From Phoronis australis (Eukaryota > Animalia > Phoronida): a DNA stretch of 64,000 nucleotides. The notes under the pieces were generated by a model, which saw only the letters and a program-made list of their open reading frames with translations, was not told the DNA's origin and searched no databases. Position numbers and translations under genes: made by a program. This document shows positions 38,256 through 52,141 of this stretch, piece after piece. The stretch is from positions 1-64,000 of the forward strand of contig NMRA01000600.1 in assembly GCA_002633005.1 (NCBI GenBank), written 5' to 3'. The number at the start of each line of letters is the position of its first letter. Position 1 is the stretch's first letter.

Positions 38256-41200
38256 TTACGTTAACTATTCAAATTGGTTTTAATCTACCTCCAAGGACAG
38301 ATATCTGTCGGGAGCCTAGTTAATTTTTATCCCATTACAATAATATTTCTTCGAAATCATAGGCGCACCGGTCACTGGTTATCGATTAGTTTTATTGTTC
38401 TTCGCCTTGCGCCATCCTTCGTCAGCATATATTAGTGAATTTTCTTTGTTTTAGAAAGAAAACGTATAAACGATTAAAACCTTTAATAGTTTTCACCAAT
38501 CGAGGGATGAAAATTTCTACTACAAAGGGCGTCTTTGACGTTATATGGATGAAGTACTTACCGGTGGTTTCAGCTTTTGCAGTAACGCCTTTGGTCGCTA
38601 TAAATAACAGGTTATGTGGTTGAAGATTTTTTATTACTGGTGGTGAATCAGTCACTGTTATCTTGAAGGTACTGGCATTGAAAAGTATGATAATATATCT
38701 GTCTGAACACCGTCCTTTAAACGCAGGATCAGGTGGTAGAACATTTCCCAATAACACCAAAAACACAACACGTTTTTTTACATCGTTCATAAATGTTACG
38801 TGCTTAAACAATTATGGCTCTAACACATATATATCTTCAGTAGCCTAGTTACACTATAACTCGTATTTCATTATAATAATATTGCTTTCAGCCCAGAGAT
38901 GTACCCGTCTCTGGCTACCGATGGGTTTAACTTTTCACCTCGCACCATGCCTCAGTAGGATAGCATGGGGGAATTCTCACTGTTACAGGAATAAAGGTAC
39001 ATGTATTGTTAAAACCATCAGTAGTATTCACCGCTGTACAGATTGCTAATTTCAAAAGACAACGGGGTTTTTGGCGTTCTATGAGGATAGTACTTAACGT
39101 TCGTTTCAGATTTTGGGACGACAATAACTTTTTCTTTTGATATAATTAAAAAGTTATCTGTAATGAATATTTTTGCTACTGATAACAAAATATTTGCTGA
39201 CATTTTGATGGTAATAGCATTGTGGATATTCGCCTCCGAATTCATGACTTTTAAATCAGGAAGCCTATATTTAGGGAGAGGCATTAGAGGATTGACTTGC
39301 CGATTTTTCGTGTAAACTCGACACATATACATGTATATTGTGCTATTCACAGTAATAAAGACGTCTTTGGTGTTAGTTATACCGCGAAGACAAATATCTT
39401 AGTCACAGAAAAAACTAATGTATGAATCTAAAATGTTTTTTACTAAAATTACTCTCTCGTGTTCAAACTATTCAAATTGGATTTAATTTACTGTCAAATG
39501 TTGATATTTGTCGGGAGCCTAGCTAATTCGTAACTCGTTACAATAATATTTCTTCGGCCTCAAAGGTGTACCGGTCTTTGGTTATTGATGGCTCTTGTCA
39601 TTCGTCTTGCGCCATCTCTCGCCAGGATAAGATGGTGAATTTTCTTTGTTTTGGAAATACATGAATATACAATTAAATCCGTTACTAGTATCTACGTGTA
39701 ACAATCAAAAGACGAAAATTTCAACGACAAAGGCGTCTTTGATGTCATATGGATGAAGTACTTACCGGTGGTTTCAGCTTTTGCGACGACAATAACGCCT
39801 TTGGTTTCTATAAATAACGGGTTACTGTCGTTGAAGATTTTTTATTAGTGGTGGTGAATCAGTCACTGTTATCTTGAAGGTACTGGCATTGAAAAGTATG
39901 ATAATTCATCTGTCTAAATACCGTCCTTTAAACGCAGGATGGGGTGGTAGAGCATTTCCCAAATAATACCAAAAACACAACACGTTTTTTTACATCGTTC
40001 AAAAATGTCACGTGCTCAAGCAGCTATGGCTTTAACACATATATATCTTCCGGAGCCTAGTTACACTGTAACTCGTATTTCATTATAATGATATTGTTTT
40101 CAGCCCAGAGATGTACCCGTCTCTGGCTACCGATGGGTTTAACTGTTCACCTCGCACCATGCTTCAGTAGGATAGCATGGGTAATTTTCACTGTTACTGG
40201 AACAAAGGTACATGTATTGTTAAAACCATTAGTAGTATTCACCGCTGTATAGATGCTAATTTCAAAAGACAACGGGGTTTTTGGCGTTCTATGAGGATAG
40301 TACTTAACGTTTGTTTCAGATTTTGGGACGACAATACTTTTTTCTTTTGATATAATTAAAAAGTTATCGGTAATGAATATTTTTTACTACTGATAACGAA
40401 ATACTTGCTGACATTTTGATTGTAATAGCATTGACGTTGTGAACATTCGCCTCCGAATTCATGACTTTTAAATCTCCCTATATTTAGGGAGAGGCATTAG
40501 TGGACTGACTTGCCGATTTTTCGTGTAAACTCGACACATATACATGTATATTATACAATCCACAGTAATAAAGAAGCCTTTGGTGTTAGTTATATCGCGA
40601 AGACAAATATCTTAATTACAGAAAAAACTAATGTATGAATCTAACTTGTTTTTTACTTAAATAACTATCTCATGTTACAGACAAATATTGATATTTGTTG
40701 GGACCCTAGATAATTCGTAACTAATTACAATTATATTTCTTCGACCTCAAAGGTCTTTGGTTATTGATGGCTCTTGTCATTCGTCTTGCGCCATCTCTCG
40801 TCAGGATAAGATGGTGAATTTTCTTTGTTTTGAAAATACATGAATAGACAATTAAATCAGTTACTAGTATCTACGAGTAACAATCGAAAGACGCAAATTT
40901 CAACGACAAAGGCGTCTTTGATGTCATATGGAGGACGTACTTACCGGTGGTGTTAGCTTTGGTGACGTTAGTGACGGTAGCGACTTCACTTGCTACAATT
41001 AACAGTTACTGGTAGTGAAGGTTTTTCTACTGATTTTGAAATACAATGTAGTTACTATTATTTTGAAGGTGATTGCATTGAACATTATCAACCTTTATTC
41101 CCGAATTCCAGTCCTTTGAGTGAAATTGTCTATACGTAGAATCAGGCAGTAGAATATTACGCTGATGACTTTTCTTCACACTACGGCATTTCAATTACTA

Positions 41201-42399
41201 CACATGTGACTAAACAAAAGGAATACACAGTCTCCACTTTATCCTGTCAGTGAATCCTTCTTCCACAATGGTTTAATAACTTTTCATCGACAAAAATTAC
41301 AGAAACAATTCGCTAAAACACTTAGTATTTCACAAATCGGTACTAGTATTCACCACTTTACAAACGTAAATTTCATCGACTAGGTGTCTTCGGAGTTTCA
41401 AAAAGATACGGATGACAATCCTTTGTTTTACGATAACTCTTTTATCATAAGCAAGAGATAACAACATCACGTAATCGAGACGTGAAAGGTGAGGCGCGTG
41501 AAGGCAAAAGAGTAAGGTGAAGAGAGTATCCGATTGTAAGGAAGTTGTGGACTCAGTGCTCAGATGCTACTTAATGTTGGACACATGGGAATGGGTTACT
41601 AACAGAAAACTGGCACATCTTTTGGAAGGAAATGTTGTGGACGAGGGGCAACCTCAAAGGGAATGAAAAGGGAAAAGTCCCTGCCATAAACTACACTGGG
41701 TACATAAACGGAAATTCTAATATTCAATTTTTACAGCATTTAAACGATTTGCTGCCTTTAGGAAAATACGAGTTCATGTCAAACCTAAAAGACTTTGTTT
41801 TTGAATAAGGTCAATAAGTATCACTAACCTTTGCATGTTCTTGAATTGTTATCGCATATTTCCTTCATTGGATCTTGACACTTGGTACCCCCGTCTTTGC
41901 ATTCAACAGATTCTTCAGCTGAAGCGATATGAGAAAAATCAACAAAAATACCGAGTTTAGCAGAGAAGGTTGGCTTACATTAGACGTCGGAATAAGAATT
42001 GCTTGACTAAATACCTCATAATTAAGTATTAAACACTGAGTTTTCCAAACAAAGATTTCCGATAGAAGGCGTTAACTCACACGCTCCAGATTTTGTTAGA
42101 GATGTAAAGCCAATGGATTCTAAAAATAGCAATAATCCCACACGTGCACGTGCACGTGTATATTAAAAAAATGTCACATTAAAATGAAGGTAAAATTCGC
42201 ACTGTGATTTCTTGGCATCAGTCCAAGTCATTGGGAAATTATGTGAACGAAAAACCTACAAGGGTGCATTTTCACTACGGAAATGGGCCCAGTTCTTAAG
42301 CTTGGTGAAGATAGATGCCAGGATTAATTGAATTGCAAAATGTTTCAATTTCTCAAAGGCAGATATTTTTCAATGGACAATTTCTTTATATTTTTATTT

Positions 42400-44350
42400 T
42401 GCTCCAGCATGATAATTACATGTCACATAAAACAATACAGTATACATCACTTACAAAAAATAACATTAAATCATTAGTCAACAAGTGTCTTATTTCCTTC
42501 AGGATGTAATTTAATAAAGTTAATGAACAATTGGAAATAAAGTTTTTTTAACAAACTTTTGGCTAAATATGTAACTTTTGCTAACATGATCAACATATTA
42601 ACTTTACTATTTTTCTGACTGAATGTTTCCCAAAAAACCAAAAAAACATTGGTATCTTTTCCACATGAAAATTTACATGATATGTTTGTTTTAACCACTC
42701 ATCAAACAGGAGCCAGAAACAGGAGACAAGACGACATTTCAAAAGAGATGGAGAAAAGTTTCACTGTGTTTACTTGTTTTTCTTTTAATTTTATGTAAAT
42801 GATTTTCAGTTGGTAACATTCTGTGAATTAAGCGGTATTAAAACCAAAGCAATTTTGTATCTTTTGCACAATTGAAGGGGAGTTTATTTACTTCTCTCTA
42901 CCATGTATCAGAGTCACCAAAATTTACATTATTTATAACACCGTTTATATCTATCTCAGATGACCACTTGTTTTTATATTTACAAGCTGTCTGAAGTGAC
43001 TGTTCTAAGGTATCAAAATTATTTATCCCTTGTGACTTCTGTAAAATTTTATAAACATTAGTTGGAAAATTTGATAAAAAGATTTTGTCTTGTCTATTCT
43101 TAAGACCCATGTACGCTGCAAAGGTGCACTTCTTAATCCATACATTTCTAGTATTGGAGGTTGAAAGTTATAAATATTACAGGGATGTTCGCATGACATA
43201 AAATAACCTTCAGCATTAAACAAATCAAACACACGATAGACTCCCCTTTCATACCAGGACTTGTAGAAAATAGATTTTCTACCAACTTTACTATTTGAAT
43301 TATATCACAGGGGAGAGTAAATAACATTTTCATTTTTGTCACACATTTGAAACAGGAGCACAACGTCGCTTAAAACTTCCTTCCAGAACAGATTGTCGGT
43401 TCCTTCATCTGCTTGTTTTTTTAGGAAAGCGTCTCCCAACCCAAAACTGCCTCTGCAAGATCACGTATGGTATTTCAGGTGAATAGTTTACGAAGCTACG
43501 ATATTTTCAAAGACTTGAACCATTTTTAAATAACAATGATCCTGATTTTGTACAATTTCATTTCGGCTAACTCTGTCATTCTTCCCATTCCAAATGAAGC
43601 CAAAGGAAACTCGCTCTAATTCTTGAATAATGTCAATGGAGGGGCTAGGGAGAGATTGAAGCAAATGAAAAATCTTGGGCAATAAAAGTGTCTTAACCAC
43701 GGTTATTTTACCAAAAACAGTAAGAATTCTTCTTGAACAAGAGCTCACCATTTTTTTAATTTCCAAAAGACAGAAACTATAGTTAATATCCGGCACTACA
43801 TCATAATCAGTGGAGAAGTTGATTCCCAAAAACATGAAAAGTCCGTTGGTCCATAACAGGTTCTCATTGACACAAAGTTTTTCCTAGGAGTCTTTTTTGA
43901 ACCAACCCAAACACGTCTTGTTTTCTCGATGTTCGGCTTCAAATCATAAAATTTCACAAATTGGTCAAGTAAATTCAAAGATGATAATTCAGAACCGTCC
44001 AAAATTAAACAAGTGTCGTCAGCGTACTTGATCAATTTAAACTCAGTAACTCCTATCCTGATCCCAGTGATGCCACGATCCCGACGAATTAAGTTACCCA
44101 ATATTTCTACACATAATACAAAAATGATCAGGAAAAATAGGATCTCCTTGACGACGCACTCTTCCCATTTCAAAAAATTCAGAGAAAAATCCATGTTGGA
44201 GAACACAAAGACAAGATTTGTTGTGGAGAGTTTTGACCGTGTCAACGAACCTTGGGCCAAAGTTAATGTATGATAATGCCTTGAGGATGAAAGACCAGGA
44301 AACGGAGTCGAAAGCTTTTTCAAAATCGATATCAATGGAGAAGTTTAGCT
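42400..44350 (-). mobile_element. Degraded L1/Tx1 LINE RT fragment
   Basis: IDFEKAFDSVSW, RQGDP, KYADD, FLGI, GKITVVKTLLLPK and FIWNGK.DRV across broken frames. Confidence 0.88.
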
Positions 44351-44499
44351 CCCACAAAAACTGGTATTTGCAAGGTTTCAACAGCCGATGGAACTAAAGA
44401 TTCCATCATATTGATGAATGATCTCACATCTTGAATGACTGCTACACAGTCATATAACTTTGTATAAACCGTTAGTTAAATACAGTAAAACATACTTAC

Positions 44500-44631
44500 T
44501 TTTACACTGGTTCTGGACACGTACAAATTTTGATTTGCAGTCGCAGACTTTTGTAACCGTGTTGCACACTTCATTTGACGCATCAATACACTTGTTGCCA
44601 GCTCTCTCGCAAGCGTCTTGTGAATTAGTAT
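44500..44631 (-). CDS. Internal exon encoding a six-cysteine EGF-like domain
   Basis: CATTGCAG acceptor and GTAAGT donor; 132 nt, phase 1-1. Translates DTNSQDACERAGNKCIDASNEVCNTVTKVCDCKSKFVRVQNQCK. Not listed in the ORF track. Confidence 0.8.
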
Positions 44632-45640
44632 CTGCAATGGTATTAAGAGGATTAGAAATCTTGATACGATCTGTTCATGAGACGGAACTGGCTAAGTTTT
44701 AATAAAGATGCACCCACTTAGCACCACACAAGAAATAACATAGCGTTCAGTGTGTCCACAGTTTAAGGTTCAAACCTGTCCGTAAAGAAGAGTTAAATAG
44801 TTGTTTGAACTGTTCCAGTGTATACTTATTGAGGTAAAATGCTTTCTTTGGGAAAATTGTGTCAAAAATGCCATTGATGGCGTACGACTACGCTTAAGAT
44901 GTTTTTTGAGTTAGTGTCCTGAACTGAACTCTTTCCGTGGCTCTGTTATCTGTCTTGATTGTGATATTGGACGGGTATTTCTAGTGCAAATCCACGTTTA
45001 AGTCATCGCACTTGAATTTAATGTCATGAAAGCAAAATGGCCCTTGCCACAGGGATTGGTTTTGCTGTCCTCATTTTTACCTGTCTCATTTTGTAGTGTT
45101 GTACCGTGGTCCTCATTGTGTCAGTTTTCATCTTCTTCGGCTAATACACACACCCACACACCCACACGCACTCACACATTCGCACACACACAAGTACGCA
45201 CGCGCGCACGCACCCACTCGCACACACATACACATGTATATCAGTGCGGTTCGGTAGCAGCCATTCATTAACAAAAACTTGGTTGAAGACGCTACTTTTT
45301 GTTCAACAGCTTAATACATACTCGGTCGTAGTCTCTAAACAATCTCCTATCTTGAAGCATGCAGCTACTGTATATAACAAAATACCGAGAGACTGAAAAA
45401 AACAAGTTAAAACACAAGCTATATTTTGAAACCGCAATGAGTGAAGTGAACATGTACGAATGAAATAAACGTTGACAGCTGGTAGAGGACGTACAAGCTG
45501 AGAACCTGAATTTTTCACACGGTTGGAAGCCAACAAGCCTATCGGGACACAGTCACCGTGCAGAACACACCTGTGAGCTGCTCATTCAGCACAGGTTTCG
45601 GTCAATAAGGGTTCCAAAATCTTTAACCGAAAATTTCCTG

Positions 45641-46767
45641 ATACGCCGTAAAACGTAACAGTTTCATTAAATGTAACAACTTTTACAATTACGTCCGTTT
45701 TACTTTTCAAACTGCTAGCCCTCTCCTAAATGTAACAACCTATTCCATTTTATGTAATTGCTACACCTTACATCTGAGAAATTTACCATTGTTATATTTT
45801 ATGAAAGCAACGTCATATTTCATGAGATGTTATGGTATTGGCCACAAGAGGAAAACGGTTCACACAGTGCTAACGGTTTCTTCCTCAGTAAAATCATTGT
45901 GTTCTTCTAAGAATATAGGGACCCGTTCCACAAAACTTGTTTGGTGTTTTCTGTGTCCGTTACCAGCTATTCTAATGACCTGGTGACCGCATCTATAGCC
46001 GTCTTGTTGCCAGTTCTCGATAAATGCCTGCCTCTAGAGTTCAATTTAACGCAATTTTTGAACTTACACATGATCGTGGAACAAGCCCCAGATATTTGTA
46101 AAGGAATGTTTTCAACAAGAGACAAAAATGATAACACGGTTGGTATCCTCACGCTTAGATGTAAGTCGCAAGGAAAATATTACAGTCTGCACTCAGTAAG
46201 TTCTTCGTGCCAAACTACTGTACAAGTTGAGGGCTATAGTTATATCACAAACAATACCATGCTGGGCGATAGTTCAGAAATAATCAATTTTTGAAGATGA
46301 CAAAGGTATAAACAAGATTTTAAGTCTTAATCTCGTCGTTTCCAAAAAGTAAGACTACTCTGCATCCACAGCTGTCAAGACGTTTCTCACAATATCGTTA
46401 ACAGTGAACCTAAGAACCCCTTCAAAATCCTTTTTAAACAGCACTCACTGTGCTTATGGGACCACAAATGAGATGATTTTAAATTTACAGAACAGAACTG
46501 AAAAAAAAAATTGAATTTTTACTCAAAATTGCACTATAAATGGGTCAATTTTTTACTGCATGTAAAAATGAGTAAGTATCCAAATTTCGGGCAGCACCCC
46601 TTGTCCAAAAATACTCAAGTAGCCTTCCGTGAGCGTGTCAGATACCACCGTGGTTTCTGTTACTCACTTTGTTACATGACGTTGGTTTTGAAAACAACGT
46701 TACATTTCTCGCATGCACATTCGACGTAAAATGTAAAGATGACGTAATGTTACATTTTACGGCGTAT
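45641..46767. mobile_element. Unclassified TIR-bounded segment
   Basis: ATACGCCGTAAAA(C/T)GTAACA is inverted at both ends, with subterminal ATGTAAC repeats and no clear TSD. Confidence 0.5.
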
Positions 46768-49434
46768 AATAACCTTCAACTACTGTAAAGAGAGTTAAAA
46801 GTAAGGTTCACACTTTGTAATAAAAATAAATGCAGAATATGTCGCCTTAGGCAACACATCGAATTATTCTATATCTAAACAAACCAAAAGTTTTGATATT
46901 GACTAGGTTCTGCTATATTGAATAAGTGTCATAAAGGCTATTAAAATGTAATGTATGTACCCCCAAGTGAAATTCAGTAACACAAATGGTGAATCCAAAT
47001 GAAATTATTGCCTTTTAAGTAACAACATGGTACTCGTCATCATCAAAAAATGAATGGCCATACAACATTATAATACCATGTGATGTAGAAACAAATATTA
47101 AAAATATCAGTTGGTACATGTAAGCGAGCATCTTTTGGTCATAGACAGTTTCTTTCCTTAAAATGTTAAGTTAAAAGAGTGTTTATTACAAATACATTAA
47201 TTTGAGTGAAATATTAGCATTTGTGTAGAGTACGTACTCCTATATTTTAACATGTGCCTACTTTCAAAGAATGCACGTGAGTTTTGGACTTTTATTTTCT
47301 CATTGAGAAAAATTGGTAAAAAATAACCCCCAATAGTTTCTTAGTATTTTGTTACAAACCTGACATGTGATTAAAATGTATTGTAAGTAGCCCTGGGTAG
47401 TATACGTACGCCGTTTTTAACAAATATCATGAAACAAAAATATTATACGGTAAGTAATCAGCAATTGTTTCTTCCCTTAAAAATGTTACATGTAGGTTAA
47501 AATGGTTTTTAATGCAAATACTTTGAGGGAAATATTAGCATTTGTGTAGTGTACGTACCCCTATATTTTAACATGTGTCTCGTTTCAAAGAATGGCAGAC
47601 AGATATGCACATGAATGCTGCACTATTTATTGGTTCTTGTTGAATAGATTTGATGCATGAACTAACTCTCAGTAGATTCTAAGTATTTCCATAAACCTAT
47701 CATATCATTGAAATGTAGTGTACGTACCCCTATGCAGTGCACGTACCTTCAACTTCTGTCCAACAAAATATTGCCCACAAGTATTTTTACCTACTGCTGT
47801 TCTCAGGAACAATAATGATATTTCCAAAATGTATTCAGTCTGAGAAAAAACAGTCGAAAATACCTAATTTGTGGGCAGTTGAATGTCACTCACAACTTAG
47901 CCACTAACATCCCAGAAGACACGTCATGTGACAACTGATGTTGCAGAGGCAGGTGCTCTATCTCTCAAGACAACTTGCAGCAAAGCAACAAGTAGTCGCA
48001 ACATGAAACTCGAGACCATTTCATACATTTGTAACTTAGTCAAAATTTGATGTTCATTGACTGCGTAATTACGTAATGTTCGTACCCCCAACCCTCCATC
48101 TCTCCCAAAAAGTCATTGAAACTCATCTTAGAAAAGAATGAAATGATTACCCATAACTTTTATTACATACAAAACGTGCACAAATTGTCTCCAGGCAGTG
48201 GTGTGCTCAAAATTACACGTAAACCTTTATTTTGCAACTGTGAATTGGGAACTTAAGCCCATATTTCTGTCTGATTTCTTAGTCACTTTTCATGAAACAG
48301 ACCACAGATGTCGCTTTCCATCCTAATTTATATTTTATTTGCTCATGTCTCATGAATATAAAAACAAAATGTCAACACCGCTCATATGTACACCACTCAC
48401 TTCGTATAAACTGTTCCAGCATTTGTATTTTGAAGTAGTTTATTATTCTGCCAACAGATGGCAGTGTGATCTTTAAACATAATATTTTTACTGCAAGTGT
48501 GACTTATTTTATTCGTTTAATTTATATCCGCAGCAATAAATGCTTCTGTTAATAACTTTAAGACATTATTTTTGTCAATAATGGGCGCACTGTACAAGAA
48601 TTCAGCTTCTGAGAGGTAACTACATCAGTTGCCAATAGCCTGTTATTGCTAACTCTTAGCATTTTTAATGAAAAATTTTCCACGCTCCGTGTGGATTGAA
48701 ATTTGCAAGGGAATCACTATTTGGATGCACCTTGATGACTTTTATCTGATAGTTGTATGATTTGTGACTACAGCATTTTGCAGGCTATTGCCAAGTGTGG
48801 TCTATAGAATATACAAATCATTGTGTGTTTCTGAAATTTCTAAATTAATGACCGATCATCGTTGATTTTATCTACGAATTCATGGAGACGAATTCAAAAA
48901 TTAAATCATCCGAGGACAGAGAACACATACTGTACGTATTTTCAGTTTGTTTAATCTCAGTAAGAATACTGCATAACGCTATCCACTCGTGTTGCATTTT
49001 AATGGTTACGGTAACTTGCAACTTCAGCACTAACAACCGACAGTAGCCCACCGGGCGTCCCACACCTGCCAGAAACCAATGCTGCCCAGGTGCTAGCTGA
49101 TTTCTAGAACATTGATTTTCATTGAAATTTGGGAGTACGGGGGCCCACCCCAATGAAGAATTCAGTGTTGTGCCACCCATTTGTAACGCCTTTGCAACTA
49201 TTTAGGGTTACGTGTCCAGTTCCACAAACGCTCGTGACAATCACGCATCAAGTAAAATGGCTGCACACGGTTTGACGTAATGTAGTTCTGTGGCTCGTTA
49301 GGCGCCACTGATACGTCGACCCGCTGCGTGGCTTGATCCACTGACCGAATTCGCTGTCGGTCGTGGAGAACCGTTGCACAGCCACACGTAGGCCCTACCT
49401 TTCCCTGAAGTGTACTTCCACACAAGACACTTAC

Positions 49435-49485
49435 CAAATCGAGTTTTTTGTAGTGGCGTTGCGGAAACTACGGTCAGTAGCAAAA
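49435..49485 (-). CDS. Small exon encoding a signal-peptide C-terminal half and mature N terminus
   Basis: TTCTTTGATTTCTTTGCAG acceptor and GTAAGT donor; 51 nt, phase 1-1. Translates LLLTVVSATPLQKTRF. Confidence 0.65.
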
Positions 49486-52078
49486 CTGCAAAGAAATCAA
49501 AGAAGACGTTAATTCCTTCCCTTTAGTGGGATGAAACGTGGCCCAAATCAGTTTTAACTATTTTTTTCAAAAACCTCCTTAACAATCCTTCGCTCCTGGA
49601 GGAGACAGCGTGGCCTAGTGCGATAGGTGCCCGTTTTCTTTACTCGAGGTCACAGATAGTTTTCTGAATTTCATTTCATTATTTTGGGTAATCAAGTGGT
49701 AACTCCATCAAAACTGCAAGGTCTAGACTTCTGTTTGGACAAGGTTTCAGTTTTCACAAAAATTCTTAAATTGTCTGGATGGGGGAGGGTCTCAAATCAA
49801 TTCAACTTCTCTAAATTTGCCCTTGCCACTACATGTACCTCCCCCATTCTCCGGATGTCGACAATTTTGTGCCCAACACCCTGTTCCCCCGCCCCACGTC
49901 CACCGTACGTGGGTTCCAAACCCCGGGCATGCCTGCACCCATCTGAAAAAACATGTTTCGACATAATTCCACGGAAAGAGCGAATAAAGCCTTAGGGCCA
50001 GCGCAAACGGACCGTTTGGACGCTGTTCTGTCTTTCTAGGGCCGACCTCATACATGTATGTGCGAGCCGTGATAGCTCATTTCAACTTTAGTTGTGAAAA
50101 TACGAATGGGGTGAACTACGATAGTTACTGAACGGCTAAGTTTTGTTTCACTTGAGGTAGCCTTGTGATCACGTGCCTATTCGTCTGCGAGGGTAATACC
50201 CAAGTTTTCTCTTGAGGCCAAAAGAGCTGCCTTGAGTTACGCAAATTATGTTTGGATCACTGCGTTGTGCATAATCCATTTACGCAAACTAAACATCGGC
50301 GTTTATGCCAAATTTCTCCACAAAGCGGTTTACTATACATTTGCAGCAAATGGCATTGCGCAAATTCCATGTTTTTAACTCAAATTAATGCAAATTCTGT
50401 CATAGTTGAACTTTTTCATTCGGAAGTTGCCGAAACGTATTTCTGTGAGACGAATGCAAAATTGCCAACTTTGTAGCGGCTGTGATAGCACAAATTAAAT
50501 ATTTGAAATTTAACAGTGGAGAGACAAAACCAAATTGGTCATCTGAGTGTCATGTGAACTGTCTCCTGTTTAGCGATCAGGCCCAATTTTGAAGTGCTGA
50601 TGCTAGCCAAGGGTGATCGTTCCCGACCGTGGTGATCAAAACTTGGATCAGTTGTCTCACGACAAAGCTCGGTACTAATTCATTTCGTTGTAGGCAAGTT
50701 CGTAGAAAATTCATCTTATTAGGGTCCTACCTTGAGAGCATGGCATAACGTTTTGAGAGGGTGAAATGGTACCTTTCCTGAGCCCCGTACACGTGCACAC
50801 TACATTTAGGGCCGTTTCAAAATCTGGGTTTAAAGCATTGGCATAAAAACGAAGTCACACTTTACAATTTCGCTCAGTTCAATGGGGTAGGTTGTGTACA
50901 AACCTATTACCTAAGACCCAGCAGTGGTGTTCTTCAATGGAACAATTTTAAAGTGTACAGAGAGTGTCTGGCACATCTATACGACTAGCTTAATTCTTGG
51001 TGTATTTATATTTGGTGTTACAATTTTATTTATTCCACTATAAGAGGTCCCATAATAAAAAATCCAAGAATTGAACTAAAGGACTCCTTTACTTCTTTAT
51101 TGAGGAAGTCAAATTTTTGCATGCGCAGTAATGCCTAGGATTTTCTGGAAAGCAGATGTTTACACAGCAAAGCCTTGTTTTGACAAATTTAAAAATCACT
51201 TTAAAGCCCAGGGTAATGCAATAACATTAACTTAACGCGGTCGTGGTTTCATGGGCGGATGAAACCATGCCCTTTAGAGACACCCAAGCACCACCGGTTC
51301 CATGGGCAGATGAAACCACGATCCTTTACAGACCCTGTGGTTTCATGAGCACACGAAGCCACGACAGTTTACAGACCCTCCCACGAGAATGTCAACCGTG
51401 TTTTAATATGGATATGTAGGCGTATCTTTGGCAAATATGGGATGATTTTGACCAAAAACATACGGTTGTGGTCGACATTGATTATCAAAATTAAATGAGA
51501 AAAATGCCACAGTTGAAATAGCAGAATTCTCAGGCAAATTCCACTCACAGACAGCCAGACGTCTTATCAGTGTGGTATAACAAGCTTTTGCACATTTTTA
51601 AGCGGCCGTCCGTAGAAACCCATCCCAACATACGGACGCTGGACTTCAGAGACTGAGCGGAATGAAAACAACGCTGAGAGTTTAAAATTCAGTCCATGGA
51701 TCAGAAATCTGCACACGGGCCCACCGTTTGGTGACATGACTTCTGTAAATGTCAGATATCAAATACTGCATGCACGGGAATTGGAAAACAAATTAATCGC
51801 TTTTGAGAAAGAATTTTTAGCGTAATATTCACCCGGAAACTAAAAAAAACACCAAGGAGTGCAAAAACAAGTAAAACTCCAAAGCCATTGAGCAATGCGT
51901 TTAATTTGATTTAGAGACTGTTTCCTTTCTGATCTCTTGTTTGTGAAGTTTAATCTCGCAGCAATCTTGTTCCTAAGTCAACAAGTGAATTGTGTGGCCA
52001 TTTCAGAACTGCCTGTAGAGCTGTCCAGATATCGTTAATCTGTGAGAGATCCTTCAGATCAACAAAAATCGTCTAATA

Positions 52079-52088
52079 TGTGTGTGTG

Positions 52089-52130
<42 letters not shown>

Positions 52131-52141
52131 TCTGTGTGTGT
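52079..52141. repeat. (TG)n microsatellite
   Basis: Read directly from the sequence. Confidence 0.95.

Larger units (their letters stand above)
35670..41460 (-). pseudogene. Tandem array of four decayed, probably Ig-domain exon units (~1.2 kb period)
   Basis: Homologous units at ~35670-36280, 38260-39460, 39460-40680 and 40680-41460, each ending ACCACC(G/A)|GTAAGT. Motifs LSFEISNLYSGEYY* and DPAFKGR...FNAS, with stops and frameshifts. Confidence 0.5.
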
